A DNA stretch of 39,577 nucleotides from Escherichia phage vB_EcoP_IMEP24, in sequence record MZ648215.1. One strand, given 5' to 3'. Made by a program: the position numbers and the translations under genes. Of this stretch, positions 26,898 through 36,204 are shown piece by piece. The stretch's first letter is position 1. Each line of letters opens with the position of its first letter. The notes beneath the pieces were generated by a model. It searched no databases. It was not told the DNA's origin and saw only the letters and a list, made by a program, of their open reading frames with translations.

Positions 26898-29180
26898 ATG
26901 GCTAGTAATATTGAATCAGCTCTTGCTAATCGGACTATGGGTCGTGGCAGAGCGCCGGGTAAAACTATCGCCGTCAACTATCAAGCAGCAAACGTTCAGG
27001 CTCCCACTGGGGACTCCGGGCTGGCTCGTGCATTAACTAACTTCGTTGAGTCTGGGACAGGATTGTACAAGCAGTTCAAGGACGATGAGAAGACCAGAGC
27101 TGACGAGCGGTCTAACGAGATTATCCGTAAACTGACACCTCAGCAAAGACGTGAGGCTATCCAGAACGGCACATTGCTGTATCAGGACGACCCTTACGCT
27201 ATGGAAGCACTTCGAGTCAAGACTGGTCGTAATGCTGCCTTTGCTGTAGACGACGAGATTAACGTTAAGATTCAGAACGGTGAGTTCCGCACACGTCAGG
27301 AAATGGAAGAATATCGCCACCAGCGACTTCAGGATGCCGCTAAGTCCTATGCTGAAGAGGCGGGTATTAACCCTACCGACGAGTTCTTCCAGCGTGGCTT
27401 CAACGATAACATCACGGACCGAAACATCGCTATCTACGGGTCCTTCAATAAGTATTTCAGCAAGCAGTCTGAAGAGACAGCAATGTTGAACACTCGTATT
27501 GAGCTGAACTCGTTCCTTAACGATGGGGACCTAATGCGTTCGCCTGAGTCTGGAAAGACCTTCATGGCCTACCTTCGGGATGGACTGACGACTGCTGCTA
27601 TACCTTCGGACCAGAGAGCACGAGAGGTCATCACCCAGACGGTCCGTGACGCAATCCAGAAGTCAGGAGGCTCAAACTTCCTACAGCAAGTCCGTGGCGA
27701 GCGTATCACCCTTAACGGTGTTGACGCTACCATCGAAGAGATTGTAGGACCTGACGTCTTCAATGCTGCTATGGTTGAGGCCCAAGGTACTGAGTATAAA
27801 CTGGTGGCTAAGTATCAGGAAGACTTGGCGTTAGGCGTTCAGTCTGCGATTCTTCAGGACGACCCAACCATCGGTCTTGCCCAGATTCAGAAACTCAAGG
27901 AGCAGAACAACCTGCTTCAGCCGGGTGAAGAACTCACGCCTCAGCGCCAGATGCTTATTAATGCCGAAGCGAGCTTACTGGAAGCGGTCAAGCGTAAGTC
28001 TGCTGAACAGGCGAAGGAGAACACTAAGTTAATCCAGACTCAGAACAAGCAACTGGTAATAGACCAAGTGTATCAGCGACGTCTGGCTGGTGACAACGTG
28101 TCCACCAACTATGAGGACCTTCCGGTCTCTGACGCTACAGGTGAGTTCAAGCGTTCAGATATGAACAACTATGCGTCTGCCAAGCTACAGCAGATTGACC
28201 AGATGGACATCCCTGAGGCTGCTAAAGATGCTCAGAAGGTGGCATTGTTAAGAGCTGACACTAACAACGGTCCGTTCCGTAATGCCTTCCAGACGCTGAC
28301 TCAGGACGCTGCTGGGGAGTGGCAAGCTGCGGTCATCCGTGGACAGTACGACCCAGACAAGATGAAACGCTTCGAGTCTCTTCGTCGTGCCTACACTCAG
28401 GACCCTTCAAGTTTTGCTTCGCTATATCCAGACCAAGCTCAGTTGTTCTCTACGTTCGACCAGATGGACAAGATGGGTCTGGACCCTCAGACGATGATTG
28501 AAGCTGATAAGCAAGCTGCAAGTCAAAGCCGTGAGATGCGCATGGAGTCAGACAAGGCGTGGCAGGAGTTGAAGAACGACTCCAAGAACACCCAGTTGTC
28601 TCGCCTCCCAACGTCTCTGGACTCAAGTGCTCGTAAGGTCTGGGACTCATGGTACTATCGTACAGGTAACGCTGACGCTGCAACGCAGCAGACTCAACGC
28701 TGGCTGAATGAGAACACCGTAACGTTCCAGTCTGAAGGTTCTGACGGTAAGTCAATAGGCATGGTGTCTAAGCACCAGCTTATGGTCGGGGATAACCCAG
28801 AGTCGTGGCAGGTGGGTCGAGACATCATCGACACCGCTCGTCAGCAGCTCATTAAGGCCAACCCTTGGGTAGTGAACTCTCAGTTGTCCGTTGTTGAACA
28901 GAACGGCTCTATCTTCCTCCAAGACGCTACGGGGACTATTCGTATTAGATACGATAAAGAACTTGTAGGTAAACTCTACCGCGAACAACAGCAGAAGGCA
29001 CAAGATGCCGCATATGCTCAGGCAGAACGTGACGCTAACAAGCGAGCGCGTATCGTCGGGACTAAAGCTGCTGGTGACAAACGTCGAGCTGACCGAGAGG
29101 CCAACATCGAGAAGCGCGGAGGGATGTACAATGACGTCTCATTGGAGGGTATCGCAAACGTACTAATCGGTAAGGAGTAA
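26898..29180 (+). CDS. Internal virion protein C (T7 gene 15)
   Basis: ADERSNEIIRKLTPxQRREAxxNGTLLYQDDPYAMEALRVKTGRNAA, EMEEYRH, GEFKxSDMxNYA, IRxRYDKEL match T7 gp15. Confidence 0.95.
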   Translation: MASNIESALANRTMGRGRAPGKTIAVNYQAANVQAPTGDSGLARALTNFVESGTGLYKQFKDDEKTRADERSNEIIRKLTPQQRREAIQNGTLLYQDDPYAMEALRVKTGRNAAFAVDDEINVKIQNGEFRTRQEMEEYRHQRLQDAAKSYAEEAGINPTDEFFQRGFNDNITDRNIAIYGSFNKYFSKQSEETAMLNTRIELNSFLNDGDLMRSPESGKTFMAYLRDGLTTAAIPSDQRAREVITQTVRDAIQKSGGSNFLQQVRGERITLNGVDATIEEIVGPDVFNAAMVEAQGTEYKLVAKYQEDLALGVQSAILQDDPTIGLAQIQKLKEQNNLLQPGEELTPQRQMLINAEASLLEAVKRKSAEQAKENTKLIQTQNKQLVIDQVYQRRLAGDNVSTNYEDLPVSDATGEFKRSDMNNYASAKLQQIDQMDIPEAAKDAQKVALLRADTNNGPFRNAFQTLTQDAAGEWQAAVIRGQYDPDKMKRFESLRRAYTQDPSSFASLYPDQAQLFSTFDQMDKMGLDPQTMIEADKQAASQSREMRMESDKAWQELKNDSKNTQLSRLPTSLDSSARKVWDSWYYRTGNADAATQQTQRWLNENTVTFQSEGSDGKSIGMVSKHQLMVGDNPESWQVGRDIIDTARQQLIKANPWVVNSQLSVVEQNGSIFLQDATGTIRIRYDKELVGKLYREQQQKAQDAAYAQAERDANKRARIVGTKAAGDKRRADREANIEKRGGMYNDVSLEGIANVLIGKE

Positions 29181-29184
29181 CATA

Positions 29185-32100
29185 ATGGCGACTCGTGGTA
29201 TTCGCAATAACAATCCGGGTAACATCCGGGTAAGTAAGGACCAATGGGAAGGAATGACTGGAGATGATGGCGCATTCGTCACCTTCGATAGTCCAGAGTC
29301 TGGCGTCCGAGCTTTAGGTAAAAACCTGCTGTCCTACGGTCGCCAAGGTTATGACTCCATCGAGAAGATTATCAACCGATGGGCGCCTCCTAACGAGAAC
29401 GACACTAAGGCTTATATTGACTCAGTGGTGGCTGCAACTGGTATTCCAGCTACCCAGAGTCTCGACCTATCGGACCCTGACACCCTGTCTTCTCTGGCTC
29501 AAGCTATCAGCTTCCATGAGACAGGCTCCCGGTACGACCCTGAAGTCTATCAGCAGGGAGTCGCACGAGCACTCAATGGCATTAGCCCAAAGACTCCACC
29601 AGTAAGCGCTAACGTATTTGACGCACTCACGGAAGGACTCAAGGCTAAACCTAAAGTAGCTCTGGGCGAGAACCTTCCGACCGCTGCTGGTCTAAACATT
29701 GAGGGTCAAGCACCTGAAGCTCCCAACGAATCGTTCGGTGAGATGTTCTATAAGTCTACTGGCGAGACCATGCAGGAACGAGAGGATCGCTCTACGTGGT
29801 TCGGTTTTGGTGCGGCTACAGAAGCTGAAGTGAAGAACTCTATGGTCGGCGTGGCTGTCCGCGCTGGTCAGACCGAGGACTCACTTGATGTCATTGGCGA
29901 TGTGTTCAACCCGACCCGATGGAACAACCATAAGTGGTCTCGTGAGGAGCTGGACCAGATTCGTAACGCTGGGGTGCTGCCTCAGTATTACGGAGTCATT
30001 ACCGGTGGCTCACCTCAGAACCTGACCAAGCTTATCAACTTGGCGCTTGAGAACCAGAAGTTGGACCAAGAGAAGGCCAAGGCTGGGACTGGCGCTCAAC
30101 TGGCGGCTGGTGTGATTGGTGCTGGCGTGGACCCTCTGACCTACGTTCCTATTGCTGGGCAGGTAGGCAAAGGTGGGAAGCTAATCAACAAGATGTTCAC
30201 TGTGGCCGCTCAGTCTGGTGCTCTGGCTGGTGTGTCTGAGATGGCCCGTACCTCAGTAGCTGGGGGCGATGCTCATGTGGCTGAAGCTATCCTTGGTGGT
30301 GCTCTCTTCGGTGGTGGTATGACTGCTATCGCTGATGGACTTGGAAGAGCCTTAGGTCGTAACACTAACGAGTTCGCTGGTCCAGCAACACGTCTGGAAG
30401 CTCGTGAGACAGCCCGTAACGTTGATGGTCAGGACCTGTCTCGTCTCCCTATTCAGGAAGGTGAGCCGACCTTTACTCATCAAGGAGTTAAGTTCGCTGA
30501 TGTTCCGAATGAGCCGGGTAGTGTACGACTGGAAGATGGTTCAATCCTGATTGGTGAGAACCCTCTGAACCCTAAGACACGTCAAGTCTTTGACGAAGTG
30601 ATTGAGCCAGAACGTGCCGCTGCTGGTGTGAACCTTGGTGGACTTACCGAGATTGGCCTGAAGCTGCTTCGGTCTGAGAACCCTGAGATTCGTGGAGTAG
30701 CTGCTGACTTAGTGCGCTCACCGACTGGTATGCAGTCGGGGGCCTCAGGTAAAATCGGGACAACTGCGTCAGACGTGTTCGAGAGACTTCGTGCTGTGGA
30801 CCATCGGTTCTACAACGACATCGACGATGCGGTCACTGAGGCACTAAAAGACCCGTACTTCCAGACAGCATTCTGGCGAGACTCTGGCGCATTCCGTCAG
30901 GACATCTACCAGCGTGTGTCTATGGCTATCGAAGATGGTAGCGGAAACCTGAAGGCTGAACTGACTCCGGGAGAACTGAAAGTATATGACCTACTGAAGA
31001 ACCAGTTTGACGCCAAGCGTGAGATGATGGAGAATCCAGCTATGTTTGGTCGGACAGACGCTCAGTCTATCTTTCCGGGTAGCCGCTTCAAGGGAACCTA
31101 CGTCCCTCATGTGTACAGCAAACAGATGAAGGAGCTGTACATCAAGGAGCTTGGGAGTCCAGAGGCGCTACAGGAGGCCATCAAGAAGTCATGGTTGACC
31201 AGCTATGCGTCTCGACCTGAAGTCAAGAAACGCGTGGACGAGGCACTCTTAGAGGCTGACCCTACGTTGACTCCAGAGGGACTTGCTGCTGCGGTCGATA
31301 AGTACGCCAACGATAAGGCTTACGGTATCTCTCACACCGAGCAGTTCGAACGTTCATCCGTAATGGAAGAGAACATCAACGGTCTGGTTGGTCTGGAGAA
31401 CAACAGCTTCCTTGAGGCTCGTAACCTGTTCGATAGCGATATGTCAATCGTCCTACCTAATGGTCAGACCTTCAGTGTCAACAACCTGCGTGAGTGGGAC
31501 ATGGACAAGATTGTCCCGGCCTACAACCGTCGAGTTAATGGCGATATTGCTATCATGGCTGGTACAGGCAAAACCACGAAGGACATGAAGGACTTGGTTG
31601 AGACCATGATGAACAAGGCTGGGGATGACGGTAAGTTGAAAGGTGAAGTATCCACCTTACGTGACACCTTGAAGATTCTAACTGGTCGTGCTCGACGTGA
31701 TGGCGCTGATGATGCGGCCTTCGCTACCGTGATGCGCACAATGACAGACCTATCGTTCTTCGCTAAGAATGCCTACATGGGTGTTCAGAACTTAACGGAG
31801 ATTGGTGGTATGCTGGCTCGTGGCAACGTTCGTGCAATGCTTCATGGAGTCCCGATTTTCCGTGACCTAGCCTTCCGTAACAAGAAGGTAGGGGCCTCAG
31901 AGATTAAGGACCTGCACAATGTTATCTTCGGTAAGGAACTGGACGACTCAATCCGTCCGTCTAAACAAGATGTCATTGACCGTCTGCGATCCTATAGCGA
32001 CCTAGGTCGCGGGGCAGCTACAGCTCTGGGGACTGCCAAGTACTACACTGGTGAACTTGCAGCACGCTCTCCGCTCACTAAAGTCCTCAACGGTACGACC

Positions 32101-33072
32101 AACTACCTGTTAGATGCTGGACGTCAAGGATTCCTGTCCGACATCGTGGAGCATAGTCTGACTGGCAGTAAGCGTCGATTCGATGACCGCTGGCTGAAGA
32201 CCGCTGGTATCTCTGACGAGCAGTGGAAGGGCATTAAGTCCCTAATCCGTGAGTCAGTGACGCGTGGTCCAGACGGGAAGTACACCATCAAGGATAAGAA
32301 GGCGTTTAGTCAGGACCCAAGGGCTATGGACCTGTGGCGTATGGGTGACACCATCGCTGACGAAACGTTACTCCGGCCCCACAAGCTGTCAAACATGGAC
32401 GCCAAGGCTTATGGTCCTCTCGCTAAGACTGTCCTTCAGTTTAAGAACTTCGTCATCAAGTCCATCAATGGACGTACCATGCGAACCTTCTATAACGCCA
32501 CGAAGAACAACCGAGCGATGGACGCTGCTCTGTCCACTGTGATCTCTATGGGTCTTGCTGGTATCTACTACATGGCTCAGGCGCATGTCAAGGCTTACGC
32601 TATGCAGGATGGTCGAGACCGTGACTACCTCAAGCAAGCTCTGGACCCGACGATGATTGGATATGCAGCTCTATCACGTAGTTCACATCTTGGTGGACCA
32701 CTTGGGGTAGCTAACATTCTTGGGGGTATAGCTGGGTATGAGGACACTAAGATGCTCCGTTCGTCTATCCTACCTCGTTCTCCCACAGAGAAGCCTGAAC
32801 GTGCCATCGCGTATGGTGCAGCTACAAGTGACCCTGTGATGAATATTGTTGGTAACTTCTTGGAGCAGGTTCCAGCTTTCGGATATGCTGCTAACGTTGG
32901 CGCTTCGGCTTACAACTTGGCTGGATACCTCAAGGCCGATACTCGTGTCAACGAGCGTGACTACATGACCGGGATGTATAATACGTTCCGTGAACTGGTT
33001 CCTAACGACCCAATTACCCAGAAGCTGTTACTTGGAACGTTTGAGGAGCAAGGTATCCACATCAAGGACTAA
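29185..33072 (+). CDS. Internal virion protein D (T7 gene 16), with N-terminal domain unlike the T7 transglycosylase domain
   Basis: From about aa 190 on collinear with T7 gp16 (TGGSPxNL, AGxIGAGVDPLxYVP, RLEARETARN, VRSPTGMQSGASGK, ENPAxFG, GTYVPHVY, YGISHxxQF, GLxxNSFLEARNLFDSD, RRVNGDIAIMxxTGKTTK); N-terminal ~130 aa (MATRGIRNNNPGNIR...) diverge. Confidence 0.95.
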   Translation: MATRGIRNNNPGNIRVSKDQWEGMTGDDGAFVTFDSPESGVRALGKNLLSYGRQGYDSIEKIINRWAPPNENDTKAYIDSVVAATGIPATQSLDLSDPDTLSSLAQAISFHETGSRYDPEVYQQGVARALNGISPKTPPVSANVFDALTEGLKAKPKVALGENLPTAAGLNIEGQAPEAPNESFGEMFYKSTGETMQEREDRSTWFGFGAATEAEVKNSMVGVAVRAGQTEDSLDVIGDVFNPTRWNNHKWSREELDQIRNAGVLPQYYGVITGGSPQNLTKLINLALENQKLDQEKAKAGTGAQLAAGVIGAGVDPLTYVPIAGQVGKGGKLINKMFTVAAQSGALAGVSEMARTSVAGGDAHVAEAILGGALFGGGMTAIADGLGRALGRNTNEFAGPATRLEARETARNVDGQDLSRLPIQEGEPTFTHQGVKFADVPNEPGSVRLEDGSILIGENPLNPKTRQVFDEVIEPERAAAGVNLGGLTEIGLKLLRSENPEIRGVAADLVRSPTGMQSGASGKIGTTASDVFERLRAVDHRFYNDIDDAVTEALKDPYFQTAFWRDSGAFRQDIYQRVSMAIEDGSGNLKAELTPGELKVYDLLKNQFDAKREMMENPAMFGRTDAQSIFPGSRFKGTYVPHVYSKQMKELYIKELGSPEALQEAIKKSWLTSYASRPEVKKRVDEALLEADPTLTPEGLAAAVDKYANDKAYGISHTEQFERSSVMEENINGLVGLENNSFLEARNLFDSDMSIVLPNGQTFSVNNLREWDMDKIVPAYNRRVNGDIAIMAGTGKTTKDMKDLVETMMNKAGDDGKLKGEVSTLRDTLKILTGRARRDGADDAAFATVMRTMTDLSFFAKNAYMGVQNLTEIGGMLARGNVRAMLHGVPIFRDLAFRNKKVGASEIKDLHNVIFGKELDDSIRPSKQDVIDRLRSYSDLGRGAATALGTAKYYTGELAARSPLTKVLNGTTNYLLDAGRQGFLSDIVEHSLTGSKRRFDDRWLKTAGISDEQWKGIKSLIRESVTRGPDGKYTIKDKKAFSQDPRAMDLWRMGDTIADETLLRPHKLSNMDAKAYGPLAKTVLQFKNFVIKSINGRTMRTFYNATKNNRAMDAALSTVISMGLAGIYYMAQAHVKAYAMQDGRDRDYLKQALDPTMIGYAALSRSSHLGGPLGVANILGGIAGYEDTKMLRSSILPRSPTEKPERAIAYGAATSDPVMNIVGNFLEQVPAFGYAANVGASAYNLAGYLKADTRVNERDYMTGMYNTFRELVPNDPITQKLLLGTFEEQGIHIKD

Positions 33073-33090
33073 ACTATCACTATAGGAAAC
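33068..33090 (+). promoter_or_regulatory. Phage RNAP promoter (phi17-like)
   Basis: ctaaactatcactataggaaac; +1 G at 33085. Confidence 0.8.
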
Positions 33091-33136
33091 GGGAGGCGCT
33101 ACCATAGGTCTCCATTTAAATCACAAAGGAGGCATA

Positions 33137-35320
33137 ATGTCCACGATTACACAATTCCCTTCAGGAAACACTCAGTACAGGATTGAGTTCGACTACCTAG
33201 CCAGAACGTTTGTTGTTGTTACGCTGGTGAATAGCTATAACCCTACCATGAACCGTGTACTGGAAGTTGGTCGAGATTACCGATTCCTTAATCCAACGAT
33301 GATTGAGATGTTGGTTGACCAATCAGGTTTCGACATCGTTCGTATTCACCGTCAGACTGGAACTGACTTAGTGGTAGACTTCAGGAATGGCTCAGTGTTG
33401 ACAGCTAGTGACCTGACCAATGCAGAGCTTCAGGCTATCCATATTGCAGAAGAAGGTCGAGACCAAACGGTTGACTTAGCGAAGGAATATGCCGATGCTG
33501 CTGGTAGCTCTGCTGGCAACGCTAAGGATAGCGAGGACGAAGCACGACGAATCGCTGCGAGTATCCAGGCAGCTGGTAAAATTGGTTATATTACCCGTCG
33601 CTCCTTCGAGAAAGGCTTCAACGTTACAACATGGAACGAGGCCCTGCTATGGGAAGAGGATGGTGATTATTACCGCTGGGATGGTACGCTTCCAAAGAAC
33701 GTTCCTGCTGGTTCAACTCCTGAATCATCTGGTGGTATTGGGCTAGGTGCGTGGGTTAGTGTTGGTGATGCTTCATTACGATCGGCTCTACAGGCAGAAG
33801 ATGGTGCAAAAAATATTGGCTCTGGTAAAAGAAAGCTGATTGATAATTTGAATGACATTAAACACAGTGGTGATTATTCAACTTTACAACAGGCGATTAA
33901 TGATACCACCTCAAGGGGTCGGGTTCTTGTTTCTCCAGGCGTATATAGCGAAAGCGTTTCAACCGGCAATGCTGACATTGAGGGTTCTGGTTATGCATCT
34001 TTATTAAAAACAGGGAGTGAAGATTATGCAATTAAAGTATTACAATCAGTGCCACACTGGGAGCGTCGAAGTATTTCAAAAATAAGCCTACAAGGAACAG
34101 CAACACCTAATTCCGTGGGGGTGCTATATGACCCGGATGATATGCTCTCTGGGAGATGGGATATCAGTTATGTAGGTATGGCTGACTTTGGTGTTTGTAT
34201 TAAAAAGCCAACTGGCAATATAGGTAATACATATCAAACTGTTAACTTCAGAGCTTCTGAGTATGGGTATCGTGCTGAAAGCGTGACTGGCATGCATTCT
34301 GGCTGCGATACATTTCGTGACTGTTATTTCCAAGGGATATCCAAATACTGTATTGATATAGTGAATGCTCAAGATGGCGGTGGATCTGTGCAAATTCAAG
34401 ATAGCATCATGGAGCAATGCACTGGTGGTGGCATAAGGATTGACTATAATAACATTGTTCCTTATACACCTATTGTTATACGAAACGTATGGTTTGAACT
34501 CATTGCTACGGCATCTACCATTGACCGCGATGGTTCTGAAGAAGTTCCGAGACAGGTTAAATTAATAAACACACCACAGGCATACGTTGAAGAGTCATAC
34601 TTAACTAATATTGAATTAATTAACTCAAACTTAATTGCGCGTAACTGTCGAATTGACACTGTTAGTTCGAATATTTACAGCATGAACGTTGACGCTAATA
34701 GTTCATTTATTGTTGAGAATCTTTATGCAGGGGGGGAAGTTGGCGGAGTCCCGATTATTAAAAGCGTTGCATCTCAATCTGGATTATTTGCGAGTAGTAA
34801 CTTAAGTTTGCGTGGAACTCCCACGGTGCAAGCTATCAAGGGGGCCATGGGGTATCATGGCACTGTACGTGCAGCAGATTTATATTCAGGGGTTGTTGGT
34901 TCTACTACGTGGACATTCCCGGGCACGGAAGAAGTAACAGCAAACTGTGTAGAAGATGGAGTGGCAATTGGTTATGGTTGTGCGGAAGTATCAATCAATG
35001 CTGGGTCATCACAGTTAAGTTCAGAAATTGCCACAATAACTGCCGGGAAGTGGTATGTATGGGGGGTTAACGCTAAACTTGTTTCTGGGACAGGAAACTT
35101 TAGATTCTCAGAATATATTTCAGCAGGTGTTATCTATACACAAGACGGCAAATGGACAAGCACTTTCGGTATTGGAAAAGCGCAATCATCAGGAACAATT
35201 CGATTGTATCTTACTGCACAAACTGACACCGTTATTAGATTGCAAAACTTTTTTATTGTTGAGTTCAATACGGAGGCTGATGCTTTGGCATTTTGTAATG
35301 CGAGAGTTGCAATAGGTTAA
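33137..35320 (+). CDS. Tail fibre / tailspike (gene 17): T7-like N-terminal anchor plus probable beta-helix receptor-binding/depolymerase-type domain
   Basis: N-terminal ~150 aa match T7 gp17 anchor (FxYLARxFVVVTL, DYRF, VDFxxGSxLxAxDL, QxxHxAEExRD); remainder unrelated to T7 fibre and AT-richer. Confidence 0.9.
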   Translation: MSTITQFPSGNTQYRIEFDYLARTFVVVTLVNSYNPTMNRVLEVGRDYRFLNPTMIEMLVDQSGFDIVRIHRQTGTDLVVDFRNGSVLTASDLTNAELQAIHIAEEGRDQTVDLAKEYADAAGSSAGNAKDSEDEARRIAASIQAAGKIGYITRRSFEKGFNVTTWNEALLWEEDGDYYRWDGTLPKNVPAGSTPESSGGIGLGAWVSVGDASLRSALQAEDGAKNIGSGKRKLIDNLNDIKHSGDYSTLQQAINDTTSRGRVLVSPGVYSESVSTGNADIEGSGYASLLKTGSEDYAIKVLQSVPHWERRSISKISLQGTATPNSVGVLYDPDDMLSGRWDISYVGMADFGVCIKKPTGNIGNTYQTVNFRASEYGYRAESVTGMHSGCDTFRDCYFQGISKYCIDIVNAQDGGGSVQIQDSIMEQCTGGGIRIDYNNIVPYTPIVIRNVWFELIATASTIDRDGSEEVPRQVKLINTPQAYVEESYLTNIELINSNLIARNCRIDTVSSNIYSMNVDANSSFIVENLYAGGEVGGVPIIKSVASQSGLFASSNLSLRGTPTVQAIKGAMGYHGTVRAADLYSGVVGSTTWTFPGTEEVTANCVEDGVAIGYGCAEVSINAGSSQLSSEIATITAGKWYVWGVNAKLVSGTGNFRFSEYISAGVIYTQDGKWTSTFGIGKAQSSGTIRLYLTAQTDTVIRLQNFFIVEFNTEADALAFCNARVAIG

Positions 35321-35332
35321 CTTGACATCCTC

Positions 35333-35357
35333 CACGCCCTAAAGGGCGGGGCTTTTC
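35333..35357 (+). terminator. Putative weak rho-independent terminator after gene 17
   Basis: CGCCC-TAAA-GGGCG hairpin followed by GCTTTTC; only four T. Confidence 0.4.
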
Positions 35358-35370
35358 GGATAATTATTGA

Positions 35371-35457
35371 TCAGAACGGGATATCGTCATCGAAGTCCAT
35401 TGGCGGCTCATTACCTCCTTGTGGGCTTTGTTGTTTTGGTGGCTGATGTTGTCGTTG
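35371..35457 (-). pseudogene. Fragment homologous to the 3' end of a bacterial ssb gene (SSB C-terminal tail), antisense to phage genes
   Basis: Minus-strand translation QRQHQPPKQQSPQGGNEPPMDFDDDIPF-stop; last 13 residues equal the recalled E. coli SSB C-terminus (SNEPPMDFDDDIPF); in-frame stop directly upstream, no OB-fold region. Confidence 0.6.
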
Positions 35458-35693
35458 CTAAAAACCATCAAATATCAAAGGCTCTGATGGTTCCCATCTC
35501 TTTACTCTGACTACTGATGACGTAACTGTTAAAGACGTTAATGTGGTTACGACCCTTACTGCTGCCTCTGTGCCATTGGAGTCCTGAACCGGGTAGAGGA
35601 TCGAATGTTGTGGAGGTAGAGGCGAACTACACGCTGACCAACGTATGGTAACAACTTTGGGTCACGGACGACCCGCTTTAAACTGGAGGTTTT

Positions 35694-35888
35694 ATGATTG
35701 AGTTAGACTTCAAGAATGAGGTCCTTAAAGCCTCTCCTATCGTCGGGACCGCTGCGGCTGATGGTGCCAGTCGGTTCTTCTTCGGACTTACACTGAACGA
35801 ATGGTTCTACGTTGCAGCTATCGCGTACACCGTTGTCCAGATTGGTGTGCTAGTCTACAAAACGATTAAAGGAGGTGGTAAAACATGA
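35694..35888 (+). CDS. Class II holin (T7 gene 17.5)
   Basis: LDFxNExxKAxPIVGT, FFGLxLNEWFYVAAIAYTVVQIG matches T7 gp17.5; RBS ggagg. Confidence 0.92.
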   Translation: MIELDFKNEVLKASPIVGTAAADGASRFFFGLTLNEWFYVAAIAYTVVQIGVLVYKTIKGGGKT

Positions 35889-36148
35889 CGCAGATGGACT
35901 TAGAGAAGTTCCTCTTAATGCTAGATACTGAACGTGCTCGACTCATGCTGCAAGACCTGCGGGATGACACTAAGCGTTCACCTCAGCTCTACAACGCCAT
36001 TGAGAAGCTACTTGCTCGTCACAACTTTGTGTTAAGCAAGGTGTCTGTGGACGAGAAGACGCTGGCTGATATGGAGGCCCTGAACGCAGAGTACGATAAG
36101 GTGCTTTCAGCGACTGAGGATAATGACACCGGGTATGGCGTTCAATAA
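35885..36148 (+). CDS. Terminase small subunit (T7 gene 18)
   Basis: FLxMLDT, RRSPQLYNAIxKLLxRH match T7 gp18; ATG overlaps holin stop. Confidence 0.85.
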   Translation: MTQMDLEKFLLMLDTERARLMLQDLRDDTKRSPQLYNAIEKLLARHNFVLSKVSVDEKTLADMEALNAEYDKVLSATEDNDTGYGVQ

Positions 36149-36151
36149 GTG

Positions 36152-36190
36152 TTAGACTCAAGGTCATCGTCAGGTGGCCTTTATGATTAA
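36152..36190 (+). other. RNase III-type processing hairpin (R18.5-like)
   Basis: TTAGACTCAAGGTCAT..GGTGGCCTTTATGATTAA; third copy of the box. Confidence 0.5.
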
Positions 36191-36204
36191 CATTAGGAGG
36201 GTTT

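Noticed and set aside
35541-35651. 36-aa + strand ORF (MWLRPLLLPLCHW...) in the gene 17 to 17.5 patch
   Set aside because: No RBS and appears to be part of a frame-broken remnant
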